A DNA stretch of 64,000 nt from an uncultured Alphaproteobacteria bacterium (GCA_963790535.1 CAWBOZ010000008.1:55591-119590); one strand, 5' to 3'. Counted from the first letter of the stretch, positions 18,320 to 27,374 are shown. Notes: generated from the letters alone by a model not told the origin. A program made the numbers and translations.

Positions 18320-18346
18320 GCAGGACGCTTGTCCCAAGCGTCCTGC
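18320..18346. repeat. perfect 12-bp-stem palindrome (loop TCC)
   Basis: GCAGGACGCTTG (18320-18331) and CAAGCGTCCTGC (18335-18346), in the spacer between the rSAM stop and the GT gene. Confidence 0.9.
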
Positions 18347-18354
18347 GATCTGCT

Positions 18355-19635
18355 CTAGGCCGTCCGGCACAGGACTTCCAACTCCGGAAGCGACAACGGT
18401 GTCTCTTCTTGAATGTCGGAGAAGCGTGTGAACTGGCCGAGGTAGTGGGCGTGGGCGCGTTCCCAGGCCTGGTCGTCCGGGGCGCCGAACAGCCGTCGAT
18501 AGTCGGGCGAGCTGGGATAGGGATAGAGCGGCACCGGGTCGTTGGCCCAGACGCCCGCGGCGCGCAGCCGGTCGCGCCAGGCTTCGACCAGCGCCGAATC
18601 GTCGTCGCCCATCTCGATCAGGTTGGCCTGCACGAACGGGACATGCCGCCGGGCGAGGATAAGGAGATCGGCCAGCTCGTCCGTGCTCAGCTTGCAGCGC
18701 TTGTCGAGCGCGGCGCGGCCGCTCTCGGTCAGGCTCTCGACGCCCGCCTCGATGCTGACGCAGCCGGCGCGTCCGAGGAGCTCGATCATCTCGGGCTTCC
18801 AGAGATCAATGCGCGTCTGCATCCCGAACTCGACAGGGCGCGAGACCAGCGCCTCGAGCAGCGCGCGCTGGGGCAGGAAGATCTCGTCTATGAAATAAAG
18901 GTATTCGACCCCTTGCGCGATCAGCCCGTCTATCTCTTCGAGCAGGGGTGCGAGGTCGCGGCGGCGGTAGCGATCGCGGAAATCCACCTTGGCGCAGAAG
19001 GTGCAGGAGTAGGGACAACCGCGGCTCGCCTCGACCTCGGCGCCGGGTGCCTGCGGCTTCCGGTCAAAGCGGTGGTGATGATGGCGGTGCCGCCGAACCC
19101 AGTCGTCCGGCCACTGCAAGGCAGGCAGGTCCGTGAAGCGCGCCGCCTGCGGGCCGCCGGCTTTGCGGCCGGGCACAGCGGTACCGGGCAACTCGCCAGG
19201 CGTGGCCCCGTTCGCGAGCGCGGCCACGACTTCCTCGCACTCGCCCATGACCACGGCGTCGCATCCGAGCTTGCGGAGTGCCGCGCCCGGCGTCGCCGAG
19301 CCGTGCGGCCCGACCGCCACCGTCATCCCGCCCGCATCCGCGACCGCGTCGAGCAACGCGCGCGGCACGCGAAGCTCGGGTGGGGCGCAACGCCAGAATA
19401 GGTAACTCGGCGCCGTCGCCACTACCGTCATGCCGGGCGCGAAGCGGGCGACCTCCGCCGCTACCGCCGCATGATCGAGGTCTTGCAAGTGCCCGTCCAG
19501 CAACAGGACCTCATGGCCGTTCCGCTCCAGCAGCGCCCGGCAGTAGCCCAGCTCCAAAGGCAAATGCGGCTCACGGCATCCGAAATAGATGCTGCCCTCA
19601 AACGTCCAGCGTGGGTTGAGGAGCGCGACCCTCAC
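18355..19635 (-). CDS. B12-binding domain / radical SAM protein
   Basis: 426 aa. N-terminal cobalamin-binding-like domain (HEVLLLDGHLQ..MTVVATAPSYLFW); EASRGCPYSCTFC is the CxxxCxxC cluster motif; GTG start. Confidence 0.85.
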   Translation of the reverse strand: MRVALLNPRWTFEGSIYFGCREPHLPLELGYCRALLERNGHEVLLLDGHLQDLDHAAVAAEVARFAPGMTVVATAPSYLFWRCAPPELRVPRALLDAVADAGGMTVAVGPHGSATPGAALRKLGCDAVVMGECEEVVAALANGATPGELPGTAVPGRKAGGPQAARFTDLPALQWPDDWVRRHRHHHHRFDRKPQAPGAEVEASRGCPYSCTFCAKVDFRDRYRRRDLAPLLEEIDGLIAQGVEYLYFIDEIFLPQRALLEALVSRPVEFGMQTRIDLWKPEMIELLGRAGCVSIEAGVESLTESGRAALDKRCKLSTDELADLLILARRHVPFVQANLIEMGDDDSALVEAWRDRLRAAGVWANDPVPLYPYPSSPDYRRLFGAPDDQAWERAHAHYLGQFTRFSDIQEETPLSLPELEVLCRTA

Positions 19636-19636
19636 C

Positions 19637-20719
19637 CTAGTCGTCCCCGCTCGCCGCGAATTGGCGGGCCGGCGCGCGCCGCTCCGCCATGGCCCAGCGG
19701 GCCAGGCGGCGCAGGCCGTCGCGCCATGCCACGGGCCGCGGCAAGCCGAGCGCCGAGCGCACCCGCCTGCTGTCGGAGACGAAGTAGCGCTGATCGCCCG
19801 GCCGCCAATCGGCGAAGTTGATCTCGGGTGCGCGGCCCACGATGGCGCCGATCTCGTCCAGCACCGTGCGCAGCGTCACGGCGTTCTCGGGGCCGCCACC
19901 CAGGTTGAAGGCCTGGCCGGCAACCTCGCCGATCCGGTCCCATGCGGCGAGATAGGCCGCCACGGCGTCGTCCACGTAGAGCGCATCGCGCACCTGCCGC
20001 CCGTCGCCGTAGATGCTGATCGGTTGGCCGGCAAGAACCGAGAACAGGAAGTGCGCGAGCCAGCCCTGGTCCTCAGTACCCATCTGCCGCGGGCCGTAGA
20101 TGCAGCTCATCCGCAGCACGCAGGTGGGCACGCCGAAGCTGCGCGCGTAGTCGAGCACGTATTGGTCCGCGGCGCCCTTGGAACAGCCGTAGGGCGTGTA
20201 GAAGGAGAGCGGCCGATCCTCGGCGATACCGTGGGCACGGCGGGCTTCGTCCTCCGGCACCCAGGCGTCGTTGTCTTGGACGAGCGCCACGTCGGCGAGG
20301 CTGCCATAGACCTTGTTCGTGCTGGCGAAGACGAGCGGCGGCGGCTTCGGCTGGCGGCGCAGGGCTTCCAGAAGGTGCAGCGTGCCCTGCACGTTCACGG
20401 CGAAGTCCGCCTCCGGATCGGCAAGGCTGGTCGTGACGGCGACCTGGGCAGCGAGGTGGAACACCGCCCGCGCCCGGCCCGCCGCTTCCTCCAGCGCTGG
20501 GCGGTCGCGCAGATCGGCGACCAAGCTGGTGACGCGCTGCGGGTGTCGGCGGCGCAGCCAGGCCAGGTTCGCCTCGACGCCGGGCCGCACGAGCGCGTCG
20601 AAGACGAGCACGTCGTGGCCATCGGACGCGAGCCGGTCCACGAGGTTCGCGCCAATGAAGCCGGCGCCGCCCGTGACCAGGATCGGCCGCCCACGCAGGG
20701 GGGCGATCGCCCCCGTCAT
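19637..20719 (-). CDS. NAD-dependent epimerase/dehydratase (CDP-paratose 2-epimerase-like SDR)
   Basis: ATG 20719 gives MTGAIAPLRGRPILVTGGAGFIGANLVDRL..STNKVYG..YGCSKGAADQY. Confidence 0.85.
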   Translation of the reverse strand: MTGAIAPLRGRPILVTGGAGFIGANLVDRLASDGHDVLVFDALVRPGVEANLAWLRRRHPQRVTSLVADLRDRPALEEAAGRARAVFHLAAQVAVTTSLADPEADFAVNVQGTLHLLEALRRQPKPPPLVFASTNKVYGSLADVALVQDNDAWVPEDEARRAHGIAEDRPLSFYTPYGCSKGAADQYVLDYARSFGVPTCVLRMSCIYGPRQMGTEDQGWLAHFLFSVLAGQPISIYGDGRQVRDALYVDDAVAAYLAAWDRIGEVAGQAFNLGGGPENAVTLRTVLDEIGAIVGRAPEINFADWRPGDQRYFVSDSRRVRSALGLPRPVAWRDGLRRLARWAMAERRAPARQFAASGDD

Positions 20720-20745
20720 GCGACAAGTCCCGTCATGCGACAAGT
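20712..20745. repeat. 17-bp perfect tandem duplication (x2) spanning a stop/start junction
   Basis: CCCGTCATGCGACAAGT at 20712-20728 and again at 20729-20745. Confidence 0.9.
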
Positions 20746-21834
20746 CCTCGGCGTTCCAGCTCGCGCCGGGCTTCCGCGACGCGGTCCACCGCCTGTTGCT
20801 GGCCGACCCAATCCGCCAGCTCGCCGAGGCTGTCCGCGAAGGTGCGGCGCGGCCGGAAGCCGAGGATCTGCTGCGCGAGGCCGATATCGGCGAAGCAGTG
20901 GCGGATGTCGCCGACGCGGGTCTTGCCCATGATTTCGGGGTCGAGCTGCGGCACGCCCATGGCGTCGGCGAGCGCGCGGGCTACATCGAGGATACTCACG
21001 TCGCGCCCGCTGCCGATGTTGAACACTCGGCCCGGCGCGTCCTTGTGCTCCAGCGCGAGCACGAAGGCGCGCGCAACGTCCTCGACGTGAACGAAATCCC
21101 GCCGCTGCTCACCGTCCTCGAACACGAGCGGGCGCTCGCTGTTGAGCAGGCGCGAGGCGAAGATGGCGAGCACCCCCGTGTAGGGGTTGGAGAGTGCCTG
21201 GCCGGGGCCATAGACGTTGAACAGGCGCAGCGCGACGCCCTGCATCCCGTAGGCGGGCGCCACGGTCAGCGTCAGCCGCTCCTGCACATACTTGGTCAGC
21301 GCATAGACCGAGGCGAGGCTGGGCCGCTTCGAACTCCGGCGTCGCGACCGGCACCAGCGGCCGCCCGTCCGGCCCTGCAGGGTCCCAGCCGCCGGGCTGG
21401 CGCTGGGCATCCTCGACCGGCACGCCATCCGCGGTGCGGTAGAGGCCCTCCCCGTAGATGCTCATGGAGGAAGCGACGACGACGCGCTCGACCGGGCGGT
21501 CTATGAGCGCCTGGAACAACACCGCCGTGCCTTGGTCGTTCACCGAGACGTAGCGGTCTATGGCGTACATGCTCTGGCCGACGCCGACCTCGGCGGCGAG
21601 GTGAACGACGAGGTCCACGTCCTCCAGCGCCGCCGCGACTCGGTCGAGGTCGCGGACGTCGGCGCGGATGAACTCCACCTCGCCGAGAACCGGGTGGCGT
21701 GGTCCACCCCGGGCATGGACCTGCTCGATCAGGCTGTCGAGGACGCGAACCCGGTAGCCCCCCGCGAGCAGCGCCCGCGCGACATGGCAGCCGATGAATC
21801 CCGCGCCGCCCGTGACCAGCACCCGTTTCTGCAT
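20733..21834 (-). pseudogene. NAD-dependent epimerase/dehydratase, frame broken at 21331-21336 as given (probable single-T artefact)
   Basis: MQKRVLVTGGAGFIGCHVARAL..VATPE, then a shift, then SKRPSLASVYALTKYVQE..NVYGPGQ. Deleting one T of GAGTTC (minus strand) restores TPESKRPSLASVYALTKY. Confidence 0.75.
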
Positions 21835-21995
21835 CCTCGCCCCTAACTCCGGTCCCTGTTCATTCCCGACCCTCCGCCGTGAGAACGGGCCTGTCAAGGA
21901 TCAAAGCCGGTTGCGTTGTGTGACACAGATGCCTATCTTGCGCACAATTAGGAGAGCGACAATCATGAGAAAGGTGCAGACCGAGCCTCGAATTC

Positions 21996-22241
21996 GTGAC
22001 GGTGGCGACCGCGATCCTGGACGAAGCCAGGCAAGCCGGCCTTCTCGATGACGCGACGGAGCATGTCTCGTTCCGGGCGCCCAAGGCACTGGTCGAGGCT
22101 GCGAAGAGGGAGACCGGGCTGCGGTCAACGACGGAACTTGGCCTGGTGGCGCTCGCTGCCCTGGCGCGACCGGACCCGGTCTCCGAAGCGATGAAGCGAA
22201 TCCGCGGAACGCTCGGCAAGACGCACACGCTTGAGTATTGA
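21996..22241 (+). CDS. putative RHH-type antitoxin
   Basis: 81 aa, GTG start. VSFRAPKALVEAAKRETGLRSTTELGLVALAALA. Overlaps the PIN gene by 11 nt. Confidence 0.5.
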   Translation: MTVATAILDEARQAGLLDDATEHVSFRAPKALVEAAKRETGLRSTTELGLVALAALARPDPVSEAMKRIRGTLGKTHTLEY

Positions 22242-22791
22242 TCTCGACGCGCTCCTGCGGCGTTGGAAACCCGAGAAGCGGACCACCCAACTCACGACGC
22301 GCCCGGCTGGCGACCTGGTGGCGGCGGCCCAGCTCATGGCCGCGAGGCGCCTGAGGCTGGTCCCGGATACCAACGTGTATATCCGCAACGTCGCCGGGAC
22401 GCTGCCGCCGGAGGTGGAGGCCCTGTTGGACGATGCCTTGCAATGGCACTGCTCGGTATGCCTGAGCGAGATCGCTGCCGGCATCGCCAACCACAGCCCG
22501 GCGGCGCCCACTTGGGAGGCTGTCCGGGACCGGTATGGCGAGCTTTTCCGCGCCATTCCGGACAGCCGCGTCCTGGTGCCCGACGAAGAGACCTGGCAGG
22601 CGGCGGGCATCGTGTCAGGCACGCTCGCGCGCACCCAGGGCTTCCAGCGGCACCAACGGAAGGAGTGCCTGAACGACGCCTTGATCTACCTGACTGCCGC
22701 CAAGGCAGGACTCCCGGTGCTGACGGCGAATCGGGATGAGTTCGACCTCATCCAGCAGGTGGTCGGCGCCGGGAGCTTCGTCCACTTCTGA
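22231..22791 (+). CDS. PIN-domain (VapC-like) toxin with a roughly 45-aa N-terminal extension
   Basis: LVPDTNVYIRN holds the first acidic residue; NDALIYLTAAKAGLPVLTANRDEFDLI is the C-terminal PIN motif. 186 aa. Confidence 0.65.
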   Translation: MSIDLDALLRRWKPEKRTTQLTTRPAGDLVAAAQLMAARRLRLVPDTNVYIRNVAGTLPPEVEALLDDALQWHCSVCLSEIAAGIANHSPAAPTWEAVRDRYGELFRAIPDSRVLVPDEETWQAAGIVSGTLARTQGFQRHQRKECLNDALIYLTAAKAGLPVLTANRDEFDLIQQVVGAGSFVHF

Positions 22792-22809
22792 TGCCGCCCT
22801 GGACTCTCG

Positions 22810-24034
22810 TCAGCTGCGCACCAAGGCGCATCCGCCCTCGCTCATAGGCCGGAACGCCTGGTCAGCCGGGATGGTGTCCAGGAGCTTGTAGTAGTCCCAC
22901 GGTCCCTTGCTCTCGCCCGGCGCCTTGACCTCGAACAGGTAGCACGGGTGCAGCGCGCGCCCATCGGCCCTGATGCTCCCCGGTCCGAAGCAGTCGTCGT
23001 CGGTCGGCATCGCTTTCATGCGCTCGACCGTGGCCTTCCCGCTCCGCTTCGCCTCAGCCGGTCCCATGGCCACCACCGCCTTGAGGTAATGCAGCGTGCC
23101 GGCGTAGCAGCCCGCCTGGTCCATGCCGGGGCGCACGCCACCGATCCTCGGTGCCACGCGGTCGGCGAACGCGCGGGTGCGGTCGTTCAGGTCCCAGTAG
23201 TACGTGGTGCTGAGCACGAGGCCTTGCGCCGCGGCGAGGCCGAGCGCGTTCACGTCGCTGATGAAGAGCAGGAGGGCCGCGAGCCGGGTCTTGCCGCGGT
23301 CCAGTCCGAACTCGGCCGCCTGCTTGATGCAGTTGACCGTGTCCGCGCCGGCGTTGCACAGGCCGATCACGTTGGCGCCGCTCGCCTGCGCTTGGAGCAG
23401 GAAGGAGGAGAAGTCGCTTGCGCCGGGCGGGTGCTTGACGCTCCCCGCGACGGTGCCGCCGGCACCCTTCACGAACGCCGCGGTGTCGCGCTCAAGCGCG
23501 GCGCCGAAGGCGTAGTCGGCGGTGATGAAGAACCACTTGGTCCCGCCCTGCTTCACCAGCGCGCCACCGGTCGAGTGCGCGAGCATCCAGGTGTCGTAGG
23601 TCCAATGGACCGTCGTCGGGGAGCACTGCTTGCCCGTGAGGTCCACGGTCCCGGCGCCGGAGTCGATGAAGACCTTGTCCTTCTCCCGGCACACGTTCGC
23701 GACCGCCAGCGCCACGGCGCTGTTCGGCACGTCCGTCACCATGTCCACGCCGTCGCGATCGAACCACTGGCGAACGATGCCCGCTCCCACGTCGGGCTTG
23801 TTCTGATGGTCGCCGACGAGCACCTCCGCGGTCACGCCATGGTCTGCCATCTCCCGCACAGCCTGGCGGACGCACTCGGCGGATACCGGCCCGCTCAGGT
23901 CCTTGTACATGCCCGAACTCGTCGTTGAGCACGCCGATCTTGATGGTGGCCTGGTCCTGCGCCCAGGACCGGCGCGACGGCGCCAGCACGGCGGCGCTGG
24001 CCGCTCCGAGCAATGTCCGGCGGCTCATCGGCAT
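22810..24034 (-). pseudogene. LivK-type (Peripla_BP_6) ABC substrate-binding protein, frame broken at 23915-23920 as given (probable single-T artefact)
   Basis: MPMSRRTLLGAASAAVLAPS..IKIGVLNDE, then a shift, then SGMYKDLSGPVSAECVRQAV.... Deleting one T of GAGTTC restores NDESGMYKDLSGP. Confidence 0.75.
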
Positions 24035-24079
24035 GGTGTCTCGTCTCCCTTCTCGCGCATGGATGCAGCATAGAGGCTT

Positions 24080-25057
24080 TCAGCGGCGGCGGCGCGCTTC
24101 CACCAGCAGGCAGAGGATCTCATAGAGGATCGAGGCCGCGTTGAAGGGCGTAAGGTAGGAGGGGTCCCAGGCAGGCGCGACCTCGACCAGGTCGGCGGCG
24201 ACCAGGTCGAGCCCGGCCAGCGCCCGCATGAGGCGCAGCGCCTCGATGCTGGTCAGGCCGCCGGCCTCGGGCGTGCCGGTGCCCGGCGCGAAGGCAGGGT
24301 CGAGGCTGTCTATGTCGTAGGAGAGGTAGGCCGGCCCCTCGCCCACGACCCGGCGCGCTTCCTCCGCGGCCCAGCGCCAGCCCTTGTCGCTGAACTCGTC
24401 CATGGTAACGACGCGCATTCCCGTGCGCTCGCTGAAAGCCCACATGCCGGCGTCGTTCGTCGAGCCGCGGATGCCGATCTGGATGCAGCGCCGCGGATCG
24501 AGCAAGCCTTCCTCGACGGCGCGGCTGAACGGCGCCCCGTGGTGGAAGCGGCTGCCCATGTAGTCGCCGCCGGTGTCTGGATGCGCGTCCACGTGGACAA
24601 GGCCGAGCGGGCGGTCCTTCGCCACGGCGCGCAGGATCGGCAGCGTGATCGAGTGGTCGCCGCCGACGCACAACGGGGCGGCGCCGGCCTCGGTGACGGC
24701 GCGCAGGAAGGACTCGATCTCGCGGTGGGCGCCGGTCAGCTCGTAGGGCTGCTCGATCCAGCAGTCGCCGAGGTCGCGCACGCGCATGTCCGCGAACGGC
24801 GAGACCCCAGTCGCGGCGTTGTGGCGGCGGAGCATGGTTGACTGCTCGCGCACCGCGCGCGGGCCGTGCCGGGCGCCGCTGCGATGGGTGACGCCGCCGT
24901 CGAACGGCACGCCGAGGAGGGCGATGTCGGCCTGTGCCGGGGCGTCTGACATGGGCGCGCGGAAGAAGGTGGCGATCCCTGTGTAGCGCGGCCGCGCCTG
25001 CGGATCGGCCATCTCCGGGTATCGCTCGGGACGCTTGGGGTCTTGGTGCTGGCTCAT
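24080..25057 (-). CDS. agmatinase-family ureohydrolase (agmatinase / guanidino-acid hydrolase)
   Basis: ATG 25057 gives MSQHQDPKR..LLGVPFDGG..GGDHSITLPILRA..VHVDAHPDT..SYDIDSLDPAFAPGTGTPE (Mn-binding motifs). Confidence 0.85.
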   Translation of the reverse strand: MSQHQDPKRPERYPEMADPQARPRYTGIATFFRAPMSDAPAQADIALLGVPFDGGVTHRSGARHGPRAVREQSTMLRRHNAATGVSPFADMRVRDLGDCWIEQPYELTGAHREIESFLRAVTEAGAAPLCVGGDHSITLPILRAVAKDRPLGLVHVDAHPDTGGDYMGSRFHHGAPFSRAVEEGLLDPRRCIQIGIRGSTNDAGMWAFSERTGMRVVTMDEFSDKGWRWAAEEARRVVGEGPAYLSYDIDSLDPAFAPGTGTPEAGGLTSIEALRLMRALAGLDLVAADLVEVAPAWDPSYLTPFNAASILYEILCLLVEARRRR

Positions 25058-25065
25058 CAGGTTCC

Positions 25066-25767
25066 TCACGCAGGCTGGGAGTGGCGCCCCGGGTTGTGCC
25101 CTGTACCCAGCCGCCGCTCCAGCCACGCCTGGCCGAGCATCAGCACCGAGACGATCACGAGGTAGTAGGTGAGCGCGACCGCGTAGAGCTCGGTGAAGTG
25201 GAACGTCACCGAGATCGTGCGCGACGTCACGGCCAGCAGCTCCTGCAGCGAGATCACGGACGCGAGCGACGTGGTCTTGAGCAGGGTGATGAACTCGTTG
25301 GCCGTGGGCGGCAGGCCGACGCGCGCAGCCTGGGGCAGCCGGACGAGGAAGAAGCCCTGGGCGGGCGAGAGGCCGAGAGCGCGGGCGGCATCAAGCTGGC
25401 CCTGCTCGACGGAGAGCAGGGCGGCGCGGCTGATCTCGGCCTGGTAGGCGGCCTCGTTGAGCGAGAGCGCGAGCAGCGCCGCGAGGAACGGGGAGAACCA
25501 GTCCTGCCGCAAGGCGGGCACGAGCTGCGGCAGCGCATTCCAGACGAACAGGAGCTGCAGCAACGTCGGCGCGCCGCGGAACAGCCAGGTATAGGCGCCG
25601 ACGAGCAGGCGCCGCCAGCGCGCGCCCTCGGCGGCGAGGGCCAGAGCGAGGCCGAGCACGATCCCGACGGAATGCGCCGCCACGGCCAGGGCGAGTGAGG
25701 TGAGCGCACCGAGCGCGAACGGTCGGGAGAGCAGCGCATCCCAGAAGACACGCGGGTCGAACGACAC
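25066..25767 (-). CDS. amino-acid ABC transporter permease (His/Glu/Gln/Arg/opine type)
   Basis: 233 aa. LSLNEAAYQAEISRAALLSVEQGQLDAARALGLS is the EAA loop. Confidence 0.85.
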   Translation of the reverse strand: MSFDPRVFWDALLSRPFALGALTSLALAVAAHSVGIVLGLALALAAEGARWRRLLVGAYTWLFRGAPTLLQLLFVWNALPQLVPALRQDWFSPFLAALLALSLNEAAYQAEISRAALLSVEQGQLDAARALGLSPAQGFFLVRLPQAARVGLPPTANEFITLLKTTSLASVISLQELLAVTSRTISVTFHFTELYAVALTYYLVIVSVLMLGQAWLERRLGTGHNPGRHSQPA

Positions 25768-25773
25768 CCGCCG

Positions 25774-26574
25774 CTACGGCGCCTGCGCGCCCGCTGCCGG
25801 CATATGCCATGCGGCTACGAGCTTGCCCAAGGTCCCGTCGCTTCGGAGCTTGTCCACCGCCTCCTGCACGGCTTGCTTGTCCGCGTCCTTGGGCAAATAG
25901 ATGCCGAAGGTGTCGGTCGGGGGATAGGTATAGGCAACGGCGAACTTGCCGGGCTCCACCTCGGCGCGATACGCGGCCTCGGTATCCTGCGTGATCCCGA
26001 CCGCGGCGCGGCCCGTGAGAAGCTGCTCGGCCACGTCGGACCCCTTGGGATAGGCTTGGACGGTGAGGCCAGGCTTGCCCTCGGCGCGGAGCTTCTCGTC
26101 GAGCGCGTGGGCGCGCTTCTCATATTCGGTGCCGGCCTGGACGGCAACCGTCTTGCCCGCGAGGTCGTCCGGCCCGGCGATGCCAGTCATGCCGGCGCGG
26201 ACGAGCAGGACCTCGCTGGAGCGGAGATAGGGCACCGCCGGGAACTGCGCCGTGCGCGCGGGGGTCACGAACATGCCGCTGATGACAGCATTGCAGCGGC
26301 CAGCAGCCAGCGCGGGCAGGAGGCCGGGAAAGTCGGTCGCCACGATGCGCAGCTTGGCATCCCAGCCCTTCGCGAGCGCGGACGCCATATCCATGTCGAA
26401 CCCGACCGGATCGCGCTCGCCCGGCGCGCGATAGAACTCCATGGGCGGGTATGAAGCATCCGTGCAGACGGTGAACTGCCCGTCGCGCAATGGCGGCGCC
26501 GCGAGCGCCTGCCCGCTGGCGCCGAGCACCAGCAGGACGATCATTCCACTCCACACGGCTGCCCGATGCTGCAT
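25774..26574 (-). CDS. amino-acid ABC transporter substrate-binding protein (family 3)
   Basis: ATG 26574 gives MQHRAAVWSGMIVLLVLGASGQALA (signal peptide), then FTVCTDASYPPMEFY..GFDMDMASALA. Confidence 0.8.
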   Translation of the reverse strand: MQHRAAVWSGMIVLLVLGASGQALAAPPLRDGQFTVCTDASYPPMEFYRAPGERDPVGFDMDMASALAKGWDAKLRIVATDFPGLLPALAAGRCNAVISGMFVTPARTAQFPAVPYLRSSEVLLVRAGMTGIAGPDDLAGKTVAVQAGTEYEKRAHALDEKLRAEGKPGLTVQAYPKGSDVAEQLLTGRAAVGITQDTEAAYRAEVEPGKFAVAYTYPPTDTFGIYLPKDADKQAVQEAVDKLRSDGTLGKLVAAWHMPAAGAQAP

Positions 26575-26638
26575 CCTTCTGCCCCTGCCCCGTGCCCTGC
26601 AAGGATCGTGCGGGAAGCTGAAGCCTCGCGCAAGCTCC

Positions 26639-26703
26639 GTCGCAGGCTCTCGTCGCAGGCTCTCGTCGCAGGTTCTTGTCGCAGGTTCTTGTCGCAGGTT
26701 CTC
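26639..26703. repeat. five tandem copies of a 13-bp unit GTCGCAGG(C/T)TCT(C/T)
   Basis: Units start at 26639, 26652, 26665, 26678 and 26691. The array lies between the Tim44-like stop (26709) and the SBP start (26574). Confidence 0.9.
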
Positions 26704-26708
26704 TGGGG

Positions 26709-27374
26709 CTAGCCGGAGCGGGCCGCGACGAGGCGCCAATTGGGACCGGCGTGGGCCAGGTCGCGCTCGAAGGTCCAGGTATCCACCATCTCGGTGATGG
26801 CCTCGGTGCCCGTGAGGGGCTTGCCGTCGCGGTCGAGCGTGAGCGCGACCTGGTCGGATACGAAGCGGACGGCGATGGCAGCGAGGCTGCCGCGCAGGCT
26901 CGCGTCCTCGATGGTGGCGGACAAGATCGCCTTAATCTCGCTGCGCTGCGTCTCACCCGCTTCCTCACGGGCGGTGATGGCCTGATCGAAGCCCGCGTAG
27001 ATGTCGTCGCAGAGCAGTGGCCGCAGGGTGGCACGGTCTCCAGTGGCGAACGCGCCCACGATGAGGCGGAACGCGGCCTCGGCGCCCGTGAGGAAGCGGG
27101 CCGGGTCGAAGTCGCGGTCAACCGCGTGGATGCGCGTCAGCTCGCCGCCGAGCGGACTCGCTGGGTCGGGCACGGGACGGGTGGGCACGGCCTCGGCGTG
27201 GCCCTCGATGATAGGGGCGGTGCCGGGCGTCGGCGCCGGCCTGTCGAGCGGCGCGGCGGCGCGCTCGAACCCGGTGCGCCGGCCCAGCACGCTGCGCAGG
27301 CGCAGCACGAGGAAGACCGCGATCATCGCGAACAGCACGAGATCGAGGGGAAAGCTGCCGGCGGCGCCGTTCAT
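26709..27374 (-). CDS. Tim44-like domain protein (membrane-anchored)
   Basis: ATG 27374 after AGGAG gives MNGAAGSFPLDLVLFAMIAVFLVLRLRSVLG (TM segment), then FDPARFLTGAEAAFRLIVGAFATGD..WTFERDL. Confidence 0.75.
   Translation of the reverse strand: MNGAAGSFPLDLVLFAMIAVFLVLRLRSVLGRRTGFERAAAPLDRPAPTPGTAPIIEGHAEAVPTRPVPDPASPLGGELTRIHAVDRDFDPARFLTGAEAAFRLIVGAFATGDRATLRPLLCDDIYAGFDQAITAREEAGETQRSEIKAILSATIEDASLRGSLAAIAVRFVSDQVALTLDRDGKPLTGTEAITEMVDTWTFERDLAHAGPNWRLVAARSG

Noticed and set aside
26639-26703. CRISPR array.
   Set aside because: The units are 13 bp, directly abutting with no spacers. There are no cas genes in the window.
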